From: Betaproteobacteria bacterium
GTDB taxonomy: Bacteria; Pseudomonadota; Gammaproteobacteria; Burkholderiales; Burkholderiaceae_C
NCBI GenBank assembly: GCA_009925585.1
Contig: RFYK01000004.1
Coordinates: 1-32,000, forward strand
DNA length: 32,000 nucleotides
Reading direction: 5' to 3'
Part shown: piece after piece, positions 1 through 8,163 of the stretch
How positions within the stretch are numbered: position 1 is the stretch's first letter
Layout of the letters: every line of letters begins with the position of its first letter
Notes under the pieces: generated by a model
Told to the model about the DNA's origin: nothing
The model's input: only the letters and a program-made list of their open reading frames with translations
The model's database searches: none
Translations under genes and position numbers: made by a program

Positions 1-1635
1 AGTGCCGCCGATATTTCTGACGCTTACGCCAGCGGTCGCGGTTCACTCAAAGTGCGTGCGCGTTGGGTGATTGAAGATTTGGCGCGGGGCCAATGGCAAT
101 TGGTGGTCAACGAATTGCCGCCAAACGTCAGCTCGCAAAAAGTGCTGGAAGAAATTGAAGAGTTGACCAACCCCAAGGTCAAGACCGGCAAAAAAGCGCT
201 GACAGCAGAACAAACCCAACTCAAAGCCACGGTGCTGTCGGTGTTGGATGGTGTGCGTGATGAATCGTCCAAAGATGCACCCGTGCGCTTGGTGTTTGAA
301 CCGAAAACACGCACCATTGAGCAACAAGAACTCATCACCACCTTGCTGGCGCACACCAGCTTAGAGAGTTCGGCCTCGATCAACCTCACGATGGTTGGTT
401 TGGACGGCCGCCCTGTGCCCAAGACGCTGCGCCAGATGTTGGAAGAGTGGATCAGTTTTCGCCAAACCACTGTGCAACGCCGCTCGCAATTCCGTTTGGA
501 CAAGGTGCTGGCGCGCATCCATATTTTGGAAGGCCGGCAACTGGTGTTGCTCAACATTGACGAGGTGATTCGCATCATCCGTCACAGTGATGAACCCAAG
601 CCTGCGTTGATCGAGCGATTCAAGCTCAGCGAGCGTCAAGCCGATGACATTTTGGACATCCGATTGCGTCAACTGGCGCGACTCGAAGCCATCAAAATTG
701 AACAAGAACTCAAAGAATTGCGGGAAGAGCAAGGCCGCTTGGAAGACATTTTGGGCAGCACCTCCTCATTGCGCCGCTTGATGGTCAAAGAAATCGAAGC
801 CGACGCCAAGTTGTTTGCTGACCCGCGCCGCACCTTGATTCAGGCCGAGAAAAAGGCCGTGGCCGAGGTCAAAGTCATTGACGAACCGGTCACCGTCGTG
901 GTGTCCGAAAAAGGATGGGTGCGTGTGCGCCAAGGCCATGGACACGAACCCGGCAGTTTTGCGTTCAAAGCGGGTGACGGTTTGTACGACACGTTTGAAT
1001 GCCGCACCGTTGACCCGTTGATTGCTTTTGGTTCGAATGGCCGCGTCTACTCTGTGCCCGTGTCTGCGTTGCCCGGTGCCAGAGGCGACGGCCAACCCGT
1101 GACCACCTTGGTGGATGTCGAATCCGGCACCCAACTCGTTCACTATGTCGCGGGCCCGACCACCATGACTTTGTTACTCAGCGGTTCTGGCGGCTATGGT
1201 TTTGTGTGTTGCATTGACAACCTGCTTTCGCGCAACAAAGGGGGCAAAGCTTTCATCAGTTTGCAGCAGGGTGAAACGTTGTGCGTGCCCTCGGTCGTGG
1301 GCGGTGGCAATGGCGCCGAACCGTTGCCGATTGCCACGCATGTGGTGTGTGCATCCACCGGCGGACGCATTCTGACGTTTGACATTGCCGAACTCAAAGC
1401 CATGGAAAAAGGCGGACGCGGTTTGATGTTGATGGACATCGAAGACAAAGACACCTTGGCGGGTGCCGCCGCGTACACACGAAGTGTGTGTTTATTGGGT
1501 GTGGGTCGCGGGGGCAAAGCCCGCGATGAAACGCTGGAAATCAGAAGCTTGAATAATGCCCGTGGCACTCGAGCCCGAAAAGGAAAAATGGCTGACTTGG
1601 GCTTCAAGCCCACCCATGTATTGAGGGTGTTGTAA
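1..1635 (+). CDS. parC: DNA topoisomerase IV subunit A, C-terminal part (5' end outside the window)
   Basis: The frame is open from base 1, so the track ORF at 52 is only an internal GTG. The protein (RARWVIEDLARGQWQLVVNELPPNVSSQKVLEEIEELTNPKVK...) reads as the tower and C-terminal beta-pinwheel region of betaproteobacterial ParC. No GyrA-box (QRRGGKG) was seen, which argues for ParC over GyrA. Confidence 0.8.
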   Translation, partial: SAADISDAYASGRGSLKVRARWVIEDLARGQWQLVVNELPPNVSSQKVLEEIEELTNPKVKTGKKALTAEQTQLKATVLSVLDGVRDESSKDAPVRLVFEPKTRTIEQQELITTLLAHTSLESSASINLTMVGLDGRPVPKTLRQMLEEWISFRQTTVQRRSQFRLDKVLARIHILEGRQLVLLNIDEVIRIIRHSDEPKPALIERFKLSERQADDILDIRLRQLARLEAIKIEQELKELREEQGRLEDILGSTSSLRRLMVKEIEADAKLFADPRRTLIQAEKKAVAEVKVIDEPVTVVVSEKGWVRVRQGHGHEPGSFAFKAGDGLYDTFECRTVDPLIAFGSNGRVYSVPVSALPGARGDGQPVTTLVDVESGTQLVHYVAGPTTMTLLLSGSGGYGFVCCIDNLLSRNKGGKAFISLQQGETLCVPSVVGGGNGAEPLPIATHVVCASTGGRILTFDIAELKAMEKGGRGLMLMDIEDKDTLAGAAAYTRSVCLLGVGRGGKARDETLEIRSLNNARGTRARKGKMADLGFKPTHVLRVL

Positions 1636-1672
1636 GTACCTCGCATTCTTTCATCTGTTCAAAGGCAGAAAC

Positions 1673-2770
1673 ATGCAATTCATACAGCGACGGACATGGG
1701 TTCGTCTGACGGGGTGTGGGGCCATCGGCGCGTTATCGCTGATCGCATCTGCGCAACAACCGGAAACCAAACCGGCAGCGGCAGCCAAACCGGCGATGAC
1801 CGTGACAGTGGCGCAACCGCAAAACCAGCAACTCTCTCAACGTTTGAGTGCCAACGGCACCGTGGCGGCTTGGCAAGAGGCCAGTGTCGGCGCTGAAATC
1901 GGCGGTTTGCGGTTGACCGAAGTGCGGGTCAATGTCGGCGATCAGGTCAAGGCGGGTCAGGTGCTGGCGGTGTTTGCCAACGAATCCGTGTTGGCTGAAA
2001 TCAACCAAGCCAAAGCCGCATTGAACGAAGCCAAAGCTGTCGCCTCCGAAGCCCAAGCCAACGCCGACCGCGCCCGTGCTTTGCAGCCCAGTGGCGTGAT
2101 CAGCGCCCAGCAATACAACAAGGATGTCACTGCCGAAGCCACGGCCAAAGCCCGTGTTGAATCTGCCCAAGCAAATTTAGCCGCCACCGAATTGCGTTTG
2201 CACCAAACCCAAGTGCGGGCCCCAGACAGCGGTGTCATTTCGTCGCGCATGGCCAGCGTGGGCTCGGTGGTGGGGCTGGGCAGTGAGTTGTTTCGCTTGA
2301 TTCGCGCCAACCGTTTGGAATGGCGCGCAGACCTGGTCTCCAGCGAATTGTTCAGAATCCAACCCGGTCAAAAAGTGCGCATCACGGTGGCCAATGGGGC
2401 AGAGGTGACGGGTCAGGTTCGCATGACTGCGCCCACGGTGGACGCACAAAACCGCACCGGCCTGGTGTATGTGGATTTGCCCGGTTCAGCGCAAGGTTTG
2501 CTCAAGCCCGGCATGTTTGTGCGCGGTGAGTTTGAATTCGGCAGCAGCAAAGCCTTGTTGGTGCCACAGCAATCGTTGGTGGTGCGCGATGGGTTTCAAC
2601 AACTCTATGTCGTGGGTTCAGACCAACGCGTCAAATTGCTCAAAGTGACCGTGGGTCGCAGACAAGGTGACATGATTGAAATCACTTCGGGCTTGCCTTT
2701 GGACGCCAATGTGGTGGTGCGCGGCGCAGGCTTCTTGACCGCTGGGGATTTGGTGAAAGTCGTTCCATGA
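1673..2770 (+). CDS. RND efflux periplasmic adaptor (membrane fusion protein, HlyD/AcrA family)
   Basis: 365 aa with an N-terminal signal/anchor, an alpha-hairpin coiled coil (AEINQAKAALNEAKA...ANLAATELRLHQTQVRAP) and beta-barrel motifs. Its ATGA overlaps the start of the downstream RND pump gene. Confidence 0.85.
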   Translation: MQFIQRRTWVRLTGCGAIGALSLIASAQQPETKPAAAAKPAMTVTVAQPQNQQLSQRLSANGTVAAWQEASVGAEIGGLRLTEVRVNVGDQVKAGQVLAVFANESVLAEINQAKAALNEAKAVASEAQANADRARALQPSGVISAQQYNKDVTAEATAKARVESAQANLAATELRLHQTQVRAPDSGVISSRMASVGSVVGLGSELFRLIRANRLEWRADLVSSELFRIQPGQKVRITVANGAEVTGQVRMTAPTVDAQNRTGLVYVDLPGSAQGLLKPGMFVRGEFEFGSSKALLVPQQSLVVRDGFQQLYVVGSDQRVKLLKVTVGRRQGDMIEITSGLPLDANVVVRGAGFLTAGDLVKVVP

Positions 2771-5700
2771 ACGTTTCTGCTTGGTCCATACGCAACCCAG
2801 TGCCTGGCGTGGTGCTGTTTGTGCTGCTGAGTTTTGCAGGCTTGTTGTCCTTCAAAAGCATGAAGGTGCAAAACTTTCCCGATCTCGATTTGCCCACCAT
2901 CGTCATCACCGCCTCTTTGCCTGGTGCTTCGCCCGGTCAAATGGAAACCGAGGTGGCGCGCAAATTGGAAAACGCCGTCGTTTCCGTTCAAGGCTTGAAG
3001 AACATCTACACCAAGGTGCAAGACGGCACGGTGTTGGTGAACTGCGAATTCCGCATTGAAAAACCCGTGCAAGAAGCGCTGGACGAAATTCGCTCTGCAG
3101 TCAGCAGCGCCCGCAGCGATTTGCCCAGCGATTTGCTCGAACCGGTGGTCAAAAAACTCGACTTCACCGGTGCGCCGGTGTTGGCGTTCACCATCACCTC
3201 GCCCAATTTTGATGAAGAGGGGTTGAGTTGGTTTGTAGACCAAACCGTGGTCAGACGCTTGCTCTCCATCAAAGGTGTGGGCTCGGTCAATCGGGTGGGT
3301 GGTGTTCAACGCCAAGTGGACATTGCCCTGGACCCAGTGCGCATGCAGTCTTTGCGAATTTCTGCGGCCGATGTGTCACGCCAATTGCGTCAAGTGCAAA
3401 GTGAAAGCGCTGGCGGACGCACCGACTTGGGCGGCAGCGAGCAACCGCTGCGCACCTTGGCCACCGTGTCTTCCGCGGCTGCCTTGGCTGACATTGAACT
3501 GGCGGTGGGTCAAGGTGGTCGCATCCGATTGCGCGACATCGCAACGGTCAGCGACACCTTTGCTGAAAAGCGTTCTTCTGCGTATTTGAATGGCAAGCCA
3601 GTGGTGGGTTTCGAGGTGTCGCGCAGTCGCGGTGCCAGTGAAGTCGATGTGGGCGCGCGCGTCTTCAAGGCGTTGGACGAATTGCGTGCGGCCCATCCGG
3701 ATGTGACCATCACCACGGCGTTTGACTTTGTCACACCCGTGAAGGAGGAGTACAACGCGTCGCTGATCTTGCTTTATGAAGGTGCCTTGCTCGCGGTGTT
3801 GGTGGTCTGGTTGTTTTTGCGAGACCTGCGTGCCACGTTTGTGTCTGCGGTCGCTTTGCCGTTGTCTGTGCTGCCTGCGTTCATTGGCATGTGGTATTTG
3901 GGTTTTTCGATCAACGTCATCAGTTTGTTGGCGCTGTCGTTGGTGGTGGGCATCTTGGTGGATGACGCGATTGTTGAAGTAGAAAACATTGAGCGTCATT
4001 TGCACATGGGCAAATCGCCTTTTGCTGCTGCCATGGAAGCGGCCGATGAAATAGGCTTGGCGGTGATTGCCACCACCTTCACGTTGGTGGCGGTGTTTTT
4101 GCCAACCGCGTTCATGAGTGGCGTGCCGGGCAAATTTTTTGTGCAATTCGGATGGACGGCTGCGCTGGCGGTGTTTGCTTCGCTGGTGGTGGCGCGCATG
4201 TTGACACCCATGATGGCGGCGTACATGCTCAAGCCTTCCAACAAGCCCGCGCCGGTACCGTTTTGGATGCCTGTTTATTTGCGCATGGTGCGCTGGTGTT
4301 TGAACCACCGTTTTTGGACTGCTTTGGGCGCGGCCGCTTTTTTCATTGCATCGCTCAGTTTGATTCCTTTGTTGCCCACCGGGTTCATTCCGCCGGATGA
4401 CAATTCGCAAACACAAGTGGGCATCGAATTGCCACCGGGCACATCACTGGCGTTCACCGAAAAAACAGCCGAGGAGGTTCGCCAACGCATCTTGGCCTTG
4501 CCGCAGGTCATGTCGGTCTACACCACCATCGGTGGGGGCGCCGCAGGGTCTGACCCCAGCATGCCGCAAGCCAGCGCAGAAACCCGCATGGCCACGCTCA
4601 CCATACAACTGTCAGCCCGTGGTGAACGTCCACGCAAAGGGGTGATCGAAAAACAAATGCGACAAATGTTGTCCGACATGCCAGGCATGCGGGTCAAAGT
4701 CGGATTGGGTGCGTCCGGCGAAAAATACCTGGTCATGTTGACAGGCGACGACCCCATGGCCTTACAACAAACCGCCACCAACCTTGAGCGCGAATTGCGG
4801 GGCATCCCAGGGTTGGGTTCGGTCATTTCCAGTGCCAGTCTGGTGCGACAAGAAATCGCCGTGTTGCCCGACTTCGCGCGCGCTGCAGATTTGGGCGTGA
4901 CCAGCGCGGCCATTGGCGAAACATTGCGCATCGCCACCATGGGGGACTATGACGCAGCGTTGCCCAAATTGAATTTGGCGCAGCGACAAGTGCCGATCAT
5001 GGTCAAACTGGCTGACAGTGCACGTCAAGATTTGGATTTGCTCGGGCGCTTGACCGTGCCGGGTGCGCGTGGTCCCGTGCTCTTGGCTGAAGTGGCGCGT
5101 TTAGAGCCCAGCGGTGGCCCGGCTGTGATTGACCGATACAACCGCGAGCGCAATATTCAATTCCAAATTGAGCTCTCGGGCGTGGGTTTGGGCGACGCCA
5201 AAGAAGCGGTGAAAAATTTGCCTTCGGTGAAACAACTGCCCCCCGGCATTCGTTTGGTGGAAGTTGGCGATGCGGAAGTGATGGAAGAGCTGTTTGCCAG
5301 TTTTGCTCTGGCGATGCTGACAGGCATTTTGTGTATTTATTTGGTGCTGGTGCTGTTGTTCAAAAGCGTGCTGCACCCGATCACCATTTTGGCGGCTTTG
5401 CCGTTGTCCATTGGCGGGGCATTCGTGGCCTTGTTGCTGACGGGTAAAAGTTTCTCCATGCCCTCGTTGATCGGGTTGATCATGTTGATGGGCGTGGCCA
5501 CCAAAAACTCTATTTTGTTGGTGGAGTACGCCATCGTCGCTGAGCGAGACCAAGGGCTGAGCCGTTTTGATGCGTTGATGGACGCGTGTCAAAAGCGGGC
5601 GCGCCCGATCATCATGACCACCATCGCCATGGGCGCAGGCATGTTCCCGATTGCCGCCGGTTGGGGGGCGTCGGATTCAAGCTTTCGCTCGCCGATGGCG

Positions 5701-5826
5701 GTGTCGGTGATTGGCGGCCTCATCACTTCCACCTTCTTGAGCTTGCTGGTGATTCCTGCGGTGTATTTGTATGTAGACGATGTGGGTAAGTTGTTTGGTC
5801 GACTCGGTGGTCTGTTCAAACGTTGA
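2767..5826 (+). CDS. RND efflux transporter permease (AcrB/AcrD/AcrF family)
   Basis: 1019 aa with a typical N-terminus (SAWSIRNPVPGVVLFVLLSFAGLLSF) and 12-TM architecture. The conserved GILVDDAIVEVENIERH motif is present. The start is coupled to the adaptor gene. Confidence 0.9.
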   Translation: MNVSAWSIRNPVPGVVLFVLLSFAGLLSFKSMKVQNFPDLDLPTIVITASLPGASPGQMETEVARKLENAVVSVQGLKNIYTKVQDGTVLVNCEFRIEKPVQEALDEIRSAVSSARSDLPSDLLEPVVKKLDFTGAPVLAFTITSPNFDEEGLSWFVDQTVVRRLLSIKGVGSVNRVGGVQRQVDIALDPVRMQSLRISAADVSRQLRQVQSESAGGRTDLGGSEQPLRTLATVSSAAALADIELAVGQGGRIRLRDIATVSDTFAEKRSSAYLNGKPVVGFEVSRSRGASEVDVGARVFKALDELRAAHPDVTITTAFDFVTPVKEEYNASLILLYEGALLAVLVVWLFLRDLRATFVSAVALPLSVLPAFIGMWYLGFSINVISLLALSLVVGILVDDAIVEVENIERHLHMGKSPFAAAMEAADEIGLAVIATTFTLVAVFLPTAFMSGVPGKFFVQFGWTAALAVFASLVVARMLTPMMAAYMLKPSNKPAPVPFWMPVYLRMVRWCLNHRFWTALGAAAFFIASLSLIPLLPTGFIPPDDNSQTQVGIELPPGTSLAFTEKTAEEVRQRILALPQVMSVYTTIGGGAAGSDPSMPQASAETRMATLTIQLSARGERPRKGVIEKQMRQMLSDMPGMRVKVGLGASGEKYLVMLTGDDPMALQQTATNLERELRGIPGLGSVISSASLVRQEIAVLPDFARAADLGVTSAAIGETLRIATMGDYDAALPKLNLAQRQVPIMVKLADSARQDLDLLGRLTVPGARGPVLLAEVARLEPSGGPAVIDRYNRERNIQFQIELSGVGLGDAKEAVKNLPSVKQLPPGIRLVEVGDAEVMEELFASFALAMLTGILCIYLVLVLLFKSVLHPITILAALPLSIGGAFVALLLTGKSFSMPSLIGLIMLMGVATKNSILLVEYAIVAERDQGLSRFDALMDACQKRARPIIMTTIAMGAGMFPIAAGWGASDSSFRSPMAVSVIGGLITSTFLSLLVIPAVYLYVDDVGKLFGRLGGLFKR

Positions 5827-5832
5827 GTGACG

Positions 5833-6291
5833 TCAGTTCAACTCAGCCACCAATTCAATTTCCACGCAAGCGCCCATGGGCAATTGCGCCACGCAATAAG
5901 CGCTGCGAGCATGAGCACCGGCATCTCCCAAGATGTGCATCAGCAATTCGCTGCAACCGTTGGTCACCAAATGGGGTTCGGTGAAGGTGCCGTTTGAATT
6001 CACCAAACTCACCACTTTGACAATCCGCTTGATGCGGTTGAGGTCACCGCCACAAGCGGCTTGTAAGGTGCCCAATAAATCAATCGCGATCGATTCGGCC
6101 GCTTGTCTGCCTGTCTCGGTGTCCATGTTTGTGCCCAATTGGCCCACCCAAGCTTTGCCGTCTTTTTTGGCAATGTGGCCACTGACGAAAACCAATTGGC
6201 CTGTTTGCACATAAGGCACGTAGGCCGCAGCCGGAACCGTCACATCGGGAAGTTGGATGTTTCGTTCTTTGAGTCGTTGGTGAATTGCCAT
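5833..6291 (-). CDS. RidA/YjgF/L-PSP family reactive-intermediate deaminase-like protein
   Basis: The protein (MAIHQRLKERNIQLP...FVSGHIA...ARSAYCVAQLPMGACVEIELVAEL) shows family hallmarks. I chose the ATG at 6291, which is preceded by AAGGA, rather than the longer track start at 6339. Confidence 0.8.
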   Translation of the reverse strand: MAIHQRLKERNIQLPDVTVPAAAYVPYVQTGQLVFVSGHIAKKDGKAWVGQLGTNMDTETGRQAAESIAIDLLGTLQAACGGDLNRIKRIVKVVSLVNSNGTFTEPHLVTNGCSELLMHILGDAGAHARSAYCVAQLPMGACVEIELVAELN

Positions 6292-6447
6292 GTGAGTCCT
6301 TGAAAAATGAATCAAAAAGAATGCGCATTGCATTGTCATGCAATTTGAAATCAGCGAAGTGGCATTTTGCCCTTGCCGGGCTCAAGTATTGGCTGAACAA
6401 TCCGATTCAAGAACGCCGATGTGGTTTGTCCAACTGTCATGCTGATT

Positions 6448-7656
6448 ATGAAAACACAACGATTGAATCCTCGCTTGCCCGCCATGCTGTTGGTGTGGCT
6501 GACTGCGTGTGCGTGGGCAGTGGCTCACGCCAATGAAGTGGACGAACAAGGACGGGTGATTGCAGGTCCTTTGGAAACCGATTTGGTCGAACGCGGCTAT
6601 TTGTTTTATCCCTTGCGTGTGTTGCCAAAGCCCGTGGCTGCCACCCCATTGCCCAAAATGGCTGAAGCTGCTGATCAAGTTGCCACAGATTCTGCTGCTC
6701 CCCCTGCGGTTGAAAAACCAGCCACTGTGGCTGCCAAGCCCGTCGCGGCTGCGACGCACGACAGCCATGCCGATGACAAAGCCCATGCAGACAGCGCTGA
6801 CCATGCGCCTGCCGCGCCGCTCTCTGCACCCGCTCCTGCCAAGCCCACGGCTTCATCGGTGTTGGTGCAACGCATTGAGCCGATCAAAGCGGCACCACTG
6901 CCTGCCAAAAGCCATGCGGATGATGACCATGCCGAACCTGTCAAGCCTGCTTTGAGCAAAGCCGAATTGGCCAAGGCTGAGCGCGCCAAGGCGGCCCAAG
7001 AGCGGGCAGAAAAACTCAAAGAAGAACAGGCCAAGGCTGCATTGGCCAGGGCTGAAAAGCTCAAAGAAGACAAAGCCAAAGCCGAACTGGCCAAGGCTGA
7101 ACGCGCCAAGGCGGCCCAAGAGCGGGCAGAAAAACTCAAAGAAGAACAGGCCAAGGCCCAACTGGCCAGAGCCGAGCGAGTCAGAGCCGCCGCACTCGCC
7201 AAAGTTGACCGTGCCTTGGAAGAGCTCGCGCGAGCTGACAAGGTGAAAGAAGAATTGGTGAAAGCTGAATTAGCCAAGGCGGAAGCGGCCAAAGCAGAAG
7301 CGAACAAAGCGGAAGAGGCCAAAGCGCAAGAAGCCAAAGGGGGCGCGGAAACGGCTGAAGCTGACAAGGCTGAAGCAGAAAAAGCCGAGGCCAAAGCAGA
7401 CGATGGCAAAAAAGAAGCCTCTGGTCCAGAGGCAAACCCCAAAGCCGAGGCCGCCAAACAACCTGATGAGCATGAGAAGCACGGCGCTGCCGCCAAAGAA
7501 GAGCCTTCGAAAGCCAACGCTGACCACATGGACGCGCACCATGACAGCCATGGTGACCCGGCCCATGCTGCGCCCAGCGTCGTCACAGCAGGACAAAAAA
7601 TTCTGGTGATCAGCCCAGCCAACAAAGCGCCACCGCCTGCACCTGACGAGCATTGA
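6448..7656 (+). CDS. Secreted His-rich, Ala/Lys/Glu-rich coiled-coil repeat protein of unknown function
   Basis: The ATG at 6448 gives a signal peptide (MKTQRLNPRLPAMLLVWLTACAWAVAHA). The central part carries AELAKAERAKAAQERAEKLKEEQAKA repeats. These are flanked by His/Asp clusters (HDSHADDKAHADSADH, SHADDDH, ADHMDAHHDSHGDPAH). Confidence 0.6.
   Translation: MKTQRLNPRLPAMLLVWLTACAWAVAHANEVDEQGRVIAGPLETDLVERGYLFYPLRVLPKPVAATPLPKMAEAADQVATDSAAPPAVEKPATVAAKPVAAATHDSHADDKAHADSADHAPAAPLSAPAPAKPTASSVLVQRIEPIKAAPLPAKSHADDDHAEPVKPALSKAELAKAERAKAAQERAEKLKEEQAKAALARAEKLKEDKAKAELAKAERAKAAQERAEKLKEEQAKAQLARAERVRAAALAKVDRALEELARADKVKEELVKAELAKAEAAKAEANKAEEAKAQEAKGGAETAEADKAEAEKAEAKADDGKKEASGPEANPKAEAAKQPDEHEKHGAAAKEEPSKANADHMDAHHDSHGDPAHAAPSVVTAGQKILVISPANKAPPPAPDEH
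6961..7158 (+). repeat. Intragenic 120-bp-period tandem duplication
   Basis: 6961-7038 and 7081-7158 are nearly identical (gccgaaytgg ccaaggctga rcgcgccaag gcggcccaag agcgggcaga aaaactcaaa gaagaacagg ccaaggc). The remainder of each 120-bp unit has diverged. Confidence 0.85.
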
Positions 7657-7700
7657 TGGGGGAAGATCAAGTTCGCAGGACTTGGGTCGATCTTTCTGAC

Positions 7701-8129
7701 ATGGATTCATTGACTTTCATTCGACGCATCGTGATGGTGTGCTGCCTCACCTGCTTGGCAGTGGGCAGCGTGCATGCCGAATGGGCCGAGTTGATGAAAG
7801 ATGATGACATCACCTATGTCTGGGACAAAGACTCGGTGCGTGCAGTTCATGTGAGCCGAATTGCCTGGACCATGACCATCGTGACTGCCAAAGGTGTCAA
7901 AGCGCCCAACGGTGAGGAATACCAGTCATCCATGGCGCGTTGGCGCATCAATTGCAAGACCGATTCCTTCATCAAGCTGTCTGAAAGCTTTTATGCCAAG
8001 CCCGATGGCAAAGGCCGTGAAGTGGCTTTTTACGAGGCCGCGGATTGGCGTCCACGTGACGCGGCGATCCGCCCCGGGTCGTACCTTTCGCTCCTGAAAA
8101 AACAAATTTGCACTAGCGCTGAATCCTGA
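7701..8129 (+). CDS. Small secreted protein, surface-adhesin-E-like fold (hypothetical)
   Basis: The ATG at 7701 gives a signal peptide (MDSLTFIRRIVMVCCLTCLAVGSVHA). The pattern W..x..DD.TYVWDKDSV...W....NC......L....Y...G.G...W...PGS......IC resembles the Adhesin_E family by recall. This was not searched. Confidence 0.45.
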   Translation: MDSLTFIRRIVMVCCLTCLAVGSVHAEWAELMKDDDITYVWDKDSVRAVHVSRIAWTMTIVTAKGVKAPNGEEYQSSMARWRINCKTDSFIKLSESFYAKPDGKGREVAFYEAADWRPRDAAIRPGSYLSLLKKQICTSAES

Positions 8130-8163
8130 TTCACCCACCTAAAGTGGGCGGTCTGCACGGCAT

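Noticed and set aside
3376-4416. 346-aa minus-strand ORF inside the RND pump gene. The 319-aa ORF at 8940-9899 inside comEC and the 299-aa ORF at 15464-16363 opposite xmoA are of the same kind.
   Set aside because: All of them overlap genes with unambiguous family signatures. They translate to His/Arg/Gln- or Gly/Val/Cys-rich nonsense without motifs.
6448-7656. Annotating the AKE-repeat protein as TolA
   Set aside because: The Ala/Lys/Glu helical region resembles TolA domain II. However, there is no TolA-type C-terminal domain and no tolQRB/pal neighbourhood, and the His/Asp clusters are atypical.
6675-7670. 331-aa minus-strand ORF rich in Ala/Ser/Leu
   Set aside because: It is the antisense reading of the Ala/Lys/Glu repeat gene (GCC/AAG/GAA codons read backwards). 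It has no start context, and the plus-strand frame has a clean signal peptide.
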